NCBI GenBank assembly: GCA_030614005.1
Contig: JAUWKS010000054.1
Location: 1 to 22,313, forward strand
Length of the DNA stretch: 22,313 nucleotides
Source: Candidatus Heimdallarchaeota archaeon
GTDB taxonomy: Archaea; Asgardarchaeota; Heimdallarchaeia; JABLTI01
Direction of reading: 5' to 3'
Shown here in pieces: positions 17,458-22,313 of the stretch. The position numbers and the translations under genes are program-made. The notes under the pieces were generated by a model. That model ran no database searches and was not told where the DNA came from. It saw only the letters and a list, made by a program, of their open reading frames with translations. Every line of letters begins with the position of its first letter. The first letter of the stretch is position 1.

Positions 17458-18925
17458 CAATAGTCGAAGTCGCCTCCTGCATAACACCTACACGAACATT
17501 GTTGAAACGTGCGGTACCACATCCGTGGCCTACATACATAACTTGACCGGGCTGCCCTTTTCCACAATTTGGTGTACCGAGTACTTTCCAGTCATCCTTT
17601 GAATGTGCATCCATTCCACCCCAGAATTCTGGTGTTATACCTGTGTATGTTGGATTCTTCAGTATCTGGCCTATTTCACCATCTACTATTTCCCAAGCAA
17701 TCTCTGTTCCAAATTGGAAGTTCAATCGTTTGTCATCAATACTCCAGCTTTTGTTGGTAGACATCAGTATCCCTTTCTTAGTATCAGCAATTATTTCATC
17801 TCTCTTCCAGTCACCTGGTTCCAGATTAATATTTGTCATTCTTACTAGGGGTAATTTTTGTGGGTTGTCTGCTCGCATACCTGCTGAGCTTTCTTTCAAA
17901 CCGATTATTGCTGCAGTCTCTCGAGAGCTTTGGTATCCAACGAATAAACCATTTTTCACCAAATCTACTCTTTTAGCTTTTACTCCTTCGTCATCATATC
18001 CGTAAGTTCCTAATCCACCTGGTAAAGTGCAATCAGATGTCATATTGACATGTTCGCTTCCGTACATTAGTTTTCCAAGTTTCTCTGGAGTCATGAAGCT
18101 TGTTCCTGCAAATGCTGCTTCTGTACCCAATACTCTATCTAATTCCGTTGGGTGCCCACATGATTCATGAATTTGAAGCATCAATTGGTGCCCATCCAAT
18201 AACAGAACAGTTTTTTCTGTTGGACAATGTTTTGCACCTGTTAGGGCAATAGCTTCATCTGCAGTTTTATCAGCATTTTCTAAGAGCTTTAAGCTCTCGA
18301 AATAATCATAACCTTTTGTTGAAAAGTTTCCTCTGAATGAACCTGGAAATGACCTTGTTTGTGGTGGTTCTCCTTGAGTAATTGCGGTACAAGATATTCC
18401 TCCACCGCAAAATGTTATTTGTTGAGTGATATAGGCCCCTTCTGAACTTGCGAAGACTTTGTCTTCTTGGTGCCCTCGATAATCTGCTCGAGACATTTTA
18501 ATTTCATCAGGATTGTATGCTCTCAATCGTTTATCTGCTTCCATCAATAATTCTATTTTTTCTTCTGATGGAATTGAGAATGGATCCTTTTTAATTGGTG
18601 TCTTGTAGCTATCCTCAACAGGTTTTTCATCAACAAAAACAATCGGCTTCTTGCGTGTTGCACCTGAAGCCTTAGCAATTCTTACAGCTAGTTTTGCCAT
18701 ACGCCCAATTTCCTTCGCAGAAACATCATATGATCCTGCGAAACCCAAACCACCATTAGAAATTGTTCTAATGCCGAACCCCTTAATATTAGCAATGTTC
18801 AGCGTTTGGATCGTTCCATTTTTAATGGATATATCCTCATCTTTTATCGTTACAATGCGGATATCTGCGTATGTGGCACCTTCTTTGCTGCAAACCTCTA
18901 ATGCTTTTTCTGTGAGATCTCGCAT
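17447..18925 (-). CDS. tldD: TldD metalloprotease
   Basis: HESCGHPTE zinc motif, GYDDEGV, RMTNINL and the C-terminal CGKGQPGQ...GHG. AGGTGA lies upstream of the ATG. Confidence 0.93.
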   Translation of the reverse strand: MRDLTEKALEVCSKEGATYADIRIVTIKDEDISIKNGTIQTLNIANIKGFGIRTISNGGLGFAGSYDVSAKEIGRMAKLAVRIAKASGATRKKPIVFVDEKPVEDSYKTPIKKDPFSIPSEEKIELLMEADKRLRAYNPDEIKMSRADYRGHQEDKVFASSEGAYITQQITFCGGGISCTAITQGEPPQTRSFPGSFRGNFSTKGYDYFESLKLLENADKTADEAIALTGAKHCPTEKTVLLLDGHQLMLQIHESCGHPTELDRVLGTEAAFAGTSFMTPEKLGKLMYGSEHVNMTSDCTLPGGLGTYGYDDEGVKAKRVDLVKNGLFVGYQSSRETAAIIGLKESSAGMRADNPQKLPLVRMTNINLEPGDWKRDEIIADTKKGILMSTNKSWSIDDKRLNFQFGTEIAWEIVDGEIGQILKNPTYTGITPEFWGGMDAHSKDDWKVLGTPNCGKGQPGQVMYVGHGCGTARFNNVRVGVMQEATSTIGVQ

Positions 18926-19104
18926 AGTGCATATTCACCTATCATTGAATATCTATTTGGGGATAATAATTCTTTCTAAGACTCTTAAACGTTCAATAGG
19001 AATTTAATGTCGAGTGTTCTTTACTCTTTTTTCTTCTCAAATAGTAACCTTATAATATACTGCTTGCTTCAGAGACTATTGTTTAATGTATTGAGTGGTG
19101 AAAC

Positions 19105-20079
19105 ATGGCAAGCACCGTATTAGCGATACTATTTGGAATAATTAGTTACTCCTTAGTTAACATTGGACTGGTGTTACAGAAGAAAGGTGCATCCTCACTT
19201 CCAAAGATTGAAAAAACTTCTTTTTGGAGTAATCTAAAAAATTTCTTTACCAATAAATTCTGGCTTATAGGTATTTTTTGCACTAATATTTCCTTTGTTT
19301 TTCTAGCGATTGCGATGAATCAAGGACCATTATCTATTGTTTCACCAATGCAAGGTGTAGGGTTGATTGTTCTCTTAGCATTTTCCTTTTTTTATCTAAA
19401 AGAAAAAATTATTACTTGGGAGATAATCGGTATCATTACAATTATTGCTGGAATAGTAATCTTAGGAGTTACCAATTCTACCACCGAAACTCTTTATACA
19501 ATCACTGAGATCAATCAGTTATTTCTTCAAACAAAATCAATTATTTTTCTTTGTGTTTTTACTGCGTTAGTTTTCACTTCAGTTATCTTCTCGATTGTAC
19601 GAAAGTACAAATTTGCTAGCATTATTTTCGGATTAGGAGCAGGTACTCTTTCTGGGCTTGGAGCGATATTCACAAAGGCCTATATGAGCGCTATTGATTT
19701 TTCCAATTTCTCTACTACAATTATTTTTGCTTTCAAACAATGGATCTGGTGGCTCTTTTTCCTTATCATGGTTGTTTACAATCTTCTTTCGGAAGTCTCT
19801 CCTCAAATCGCTTATCAAAAAGGCAAAATTGTTTTAGTTGCTCCTCTTTTTGCTGTTATGGCTCTGATAGTGCCTGTTTTTGGCGGGATAATTATCTTCT
19901 CTGAATGGAGTGCTCTTGCAACTTGGAATTTAGTTTTAAAGATTGTAGCGATAATACTAATTCTTTCTGGTGTGACGATGCTTTCTCATTTTAATAAAAA
20001 ACCTACAAAAACAACTGATCAAAAAGAGGAAGAAAAAGAAACAGAAGAAGAAGAGATAACCACTCCAATTGCTGAGTAG
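19105..20079 (+). CDS. DMT-superfamily (NIPA/EamA-like) membrane transporter
   Basis: About 9 TM helices, with G.VLQKKG, W.IGI and GPLSIVSPMQ motifs typical of NIPA-like DMT proteins, and an acidic C-terminal tail. Confidence 0.75.
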   Translation: MASTVLAILFGIISYSLVNIGLVLQKKGASSLPKIEKTSFWSNLKNFFTNKFWLIGIFCTNISFVFLAIAMNQGPLSIVSPMQGVGLIVLLAFSFFYLKEKIITWEIIGIITIIAGIVILGVTNSTTETLYTITEINQLFLQTKSIIFLCVFTALVFTSVIFSIVRKYKFASIIFGLGAGTLSGLGAIFTKAYMSAIDFSNFSTTIIFAFKQWIWWLFFLIMVVYNLLSEVSPQIAYQKGKIVLVAPLFAVMALIVPVFGGIIIFSEWSALATWNLVLKIVAIILILSGVTMLSHFNKKPTKTTDQKEEEKETEEEEITTPIAE

Positions 20080-20106
20080 TTTTCTTCAATTTGCTTCTCT
20101 AATTTT

Positions 20107-21123
20107 TCAAACTTGAACAGGAATCTTTCTTCTTTTTCTTACGATTAGAAAGATAACAACTACGCCTATAACAGCAGTTGCACCTATAGAACCAAAAATA
20201 ATCCCATACTTTTGTGGTGTTGTTAGCATAGTCAGGGTTTCAATATTAGCATCAAGATACTCAGTGTACAGGGAGACATTTTCTGATAAACTATTAATTA
20301 CTACAGGACGAGGATAATCATCAATATAACCTGTCTCATTCTCAACGAATTCTGCAAGTTCAGGTTCTTGAATGAACACTTCACTATAGATTTTCTTAAT
20401 TATTGGTAAAGAGAAATCATACATTTCACCCATATCGACGAATGTATCCAGATTGACATCTGCTGAGGAGTTTGTTAGTGCAGTCGACCAAAAATGAGCT
20501 GAAATAATTCCATAAAATTCTGGTTCGGAATATGCCCACTCTTCTCCGCCATCCTCTGGAACAAAAGCTATCGCATATTCAATTGGAGCAACACTTCCCA
20601 TTGCATAAAAGCTGTTACTATCTTCGTATGCAGTTAGTGGTTGGATAAATTCTCCGGCATGACAAGCATCTATTAGTAGATACTTGTAGTTTGTTTGGAT
20701 TTCTAGAAAATAATCATGAAACCAATAATTGAAATCAAGTATATCTCTCAAACATCCATACCCATGCGCTGCAAAGAAGAATAACACTACATCATTTTCA
20801 TCAACAGTTTGCCTAAGCATCTCTATTTTTTCTTGAAGATTTGTGATAGTTATTTCTAAATCACCAAACAAATAATAGAAACTTGATTCATCCCAACCAA
20901 TAGCCATTAAACTATTCCTCAATTCAATTGCATTACAAAAATATTCTCCCGGGTTATTTGAGTTTGGAGCAAATTGATCCACCAATAGTGCATAAGTTTT
21001 CACATCTCTTGTAGTTGTACTTTGACTATCTGTTGTGTTTTCAAAAACAAACAATATTGACGTTACAAACAAGAGCAAAATCATGAATGTTTTGGATTTA
21101 TTGCTAATGATTCGCATATACAT
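20107..21123 (-). CDS. Membrane-anchored clan CD cysteine peptidase (caspase/metacaspase/legumain fold)
   Basis: LFFFAAHG (His) and LLIDACHAG (Cys) form the dyad. There is an N-terminal basic plus hydrophobic signal-like segment and a C-terminal TM followed by RKRRK. AGGAG lies directly upstream of the ATG. Confidence 0.8.
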   Translation of the reverse strand: MYMRIISNKSKTFMILLLFVTSILFVFENTTDSQSTTTRDVKTYALLVDQFAPNSNNPGEYFCNAIELRNSLMAIGWDESSFYYLFGDLEITITNLQEKIEMLRQTVDENDVVLFFFAAHGYGCLRDILDFNYWFHDYFLEIQTNYKYLLIDACHAGEFIQPLTAYEDSNSFYAMGSVAPIEYAIAFVPEDGGEEWAYSEPEFYGIISAHFWSTALTNSSADVNLDTFVDMGEMYDFSLPIIKKIYSEVFIQEPELAEFVENETGYIDDYPRPVVINSLSENVSLYTEYLDANIETLTMLTTPQKYGIIFGSIGATAVIGVVVIFLIVRKRRKIPVQV

Positions 21124-21275
21124 CTCCTAAAACAATATAAAACTGCTAGATTAGCATTCATATTCAGTTAAAATAAATCCATGTATAATTCTTGCAAAAG
21201 AAAACTACGCTTCCATAGGTTTCACAATGGTTTCAATACCATCCTTTTACTTTCATTATTTTTTAGTAATAATTT

Positions 21276-21862
21276 TCAAGTTTCTGAAAAGTTATGCTCT
21301 TTCGAAGAATCAATAATGTTTACAAATACTCCGATAAATGACCGTCCCCCATAATTACTCCGGAAAGATAAGCCAAATCTTCTGTTAAAAAAAGTGGTAA
21401 TTGAAAGCCTTCGCCACGAGAAGATTGGAATTGTACGAACTGTTTCCCTTGAAAGAAATCCTCACAAAAAGGAAACAACCGGAAAAGAGGGAAAGGTAAT
21501 CTTTGCTGTTCTTCTAAGTAAGCAATAATCTTTTTTTGCCACTCCTTAATCGACCTAATGTATTTTGATCCTTGAAAATAATGATGAGCTTTTTCAGCGA
21601 GAGCAAGAGATTTTTTCCTAATGAATGAGATCATTTCTGGGTCAAGTAAAATATACGGAAATGATTGTAAGATCCGTTCTCTGGAAATAAAATCAACCTT
21701 GCGAACCATAATAGAATAAAGTTGTAATTGATCATTTCTTGTAAAAATCTTCTCTTGTTGACCTCTTTCAATTAGCTCGTTCGCTGTTAACCAAGAATTT
21801 TGGATCAAAGGTTTAAGATCAATTAGTAAAGGATCTGTTCGCCAATTGAGAAAGTCACTCAT
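21276..21862 (-). pseudogene. Truncated LAGLIDADG-motif protein
   Basis: The 180-aa ORF ends right after LTEDLAYLSGVIMGDGHL, a LAGLIDADG helix motif. A one-base shift continues as VNIIDSSKEH but stops at 21276, so the endonuclease domain is incomplete. Confidence 0.6.
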
Positions 21863-21924
21863 GATAATTCTCCTACAAGGTTATTCCTACATACTTTATT
21901 AAATACCTCTTAGAAAAGCTGTAC

Positions 21925-21948
21925 GAATAGCTAATTAGTTAGCTATTC
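21925..21948. other. Perfect hairpin / inverted repeat upstream of tnpB
   Basis: GAATAGCTAA-TTAG-TTAGCTATTC, a 10-bp stem with a 4-nt loop, 84 bp upstream of the tnpB ATG. Confidence 0.6.
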
Positions 21949-22032
21949 TTTTAAACAAACCTCGAATACTTTCGGTAGTCTCCTTAAATAAATTAGATAT
22001 ATTTAGCTAAACAATAACAGCATGAAGAAAAA

Positions 22033-22313
22033 ATGCTCTCAAAAGAACAGCGACTCACAAGAAAAGCATACAAAACACTCATAGCTGACTTGCCAAAGGA
22101 CGAATTAGAGAAAGCACTGGAACAAGTACGACAAGTAACCAAACCAACCAAGAAGAAACCACTGCACTTAACCACAAAAGTAAAAATCAAACCAACTCCA
22201 GAGCAAGCAAAAGTTCTCTGGGCACTAGCAGAAAATTGTCGATTAATACATTACTTTGCTAATAAAGAGCGAAAAGAGTGGTGGGACAAAAACAAGCACT
22301 TGCCAAAGAAGAA
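22033..22313 (+). mobile_element. tnpB: IS200/IS605-family TnpB (RNA-guided endonuclease), 5' partial
   Basis: Open from ATG at 22033 to the window end: MLSKEQR...PLHLTTKVKIKPTPEQAKVLWALAENCRLIHYFANKERKEWW. The latter part matches the TnpB N-terminal motif (k.rl.Pt.eQ...L......cR..yN.al). It is absent from the ORF track because it has no stop in the window. Confidence 0.8.

Noticed and set aside
6774-18925. Idea that the creatininase-family (MftE-like) enzyme plus TldD/PmbA form a RiPP maturation cluster
   Set aside because: There is no precursor peptide, radical SAM, YcaO or exporter, the genes are about 9 kb apart, and both families are common stand-alone.
16084-18925. Apparently higher GC in tldD-pmbA than in the flanks
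   Set aside because: This was only estimated by eye on a few lines. It is compatible with amino-acid composition, and there are no mobility signatures at the borders.
21993-22190. 65-aa minus-strand ORF
   Set aside because: It is the antisense shadow of the tnpB 5' region.
1-22313. CRISPR array, tRNA, rRNA or long tandem repeats
   Set aside because: No regularly spaced repeats or structural RNA signatures were seen on manual reading; a covariance-model scan was not run.

Overview
AT-rich window with no rRNA, tRNA or CRISPR array seen. It is most likely archaeal, judged from GGTGA/GGAGG ribosome-binding sites, TTTATA-type boxes, an archaeal-style RelB/RelE pair and output-less REC-PAS-GAF proteins. 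An Asgard/Heimdallarchaeia-like origin is my impression only and is unverified. Left to right: two tandem paralogous REC-(PAS/GAF)n proteins with no kinase or DNA-binding output; a creatininase-family enzyme; a small membrane protein; a HAD hydrolase; a SWIM zinc-finger gene; and an arsenic module (arsR-arsM divergent from acr3) with a perfect 10-2-10 operator fused to an 18-bp palindromic double TATA element. Next come three paralogous alpha/beta-hydrolase-fold genes that all lack the canonical catalytic His. Between paralogs 2 and 3 is an ~0.85-kb islet bounded by a 39-bp direct repeat of the paralog 2 3' end, carrying a decayed DUF433-like gene, a triply inactivated relE and an intact antitoxin. 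The window ends with tldD-pmbA, a NIPA/DMT-type transporter, a signal-peptide plus C-terminal-anchor clan CD (caspase/legumain-fold) protease, a truncated LAGLIDADG-motif gene, a perfect hairpin, and the 5' part of an IS200/IS605 TnpB with an unusual N-terminal extension that the ORF track missed. All family calls are from motif recognition by eye; no database search was run.
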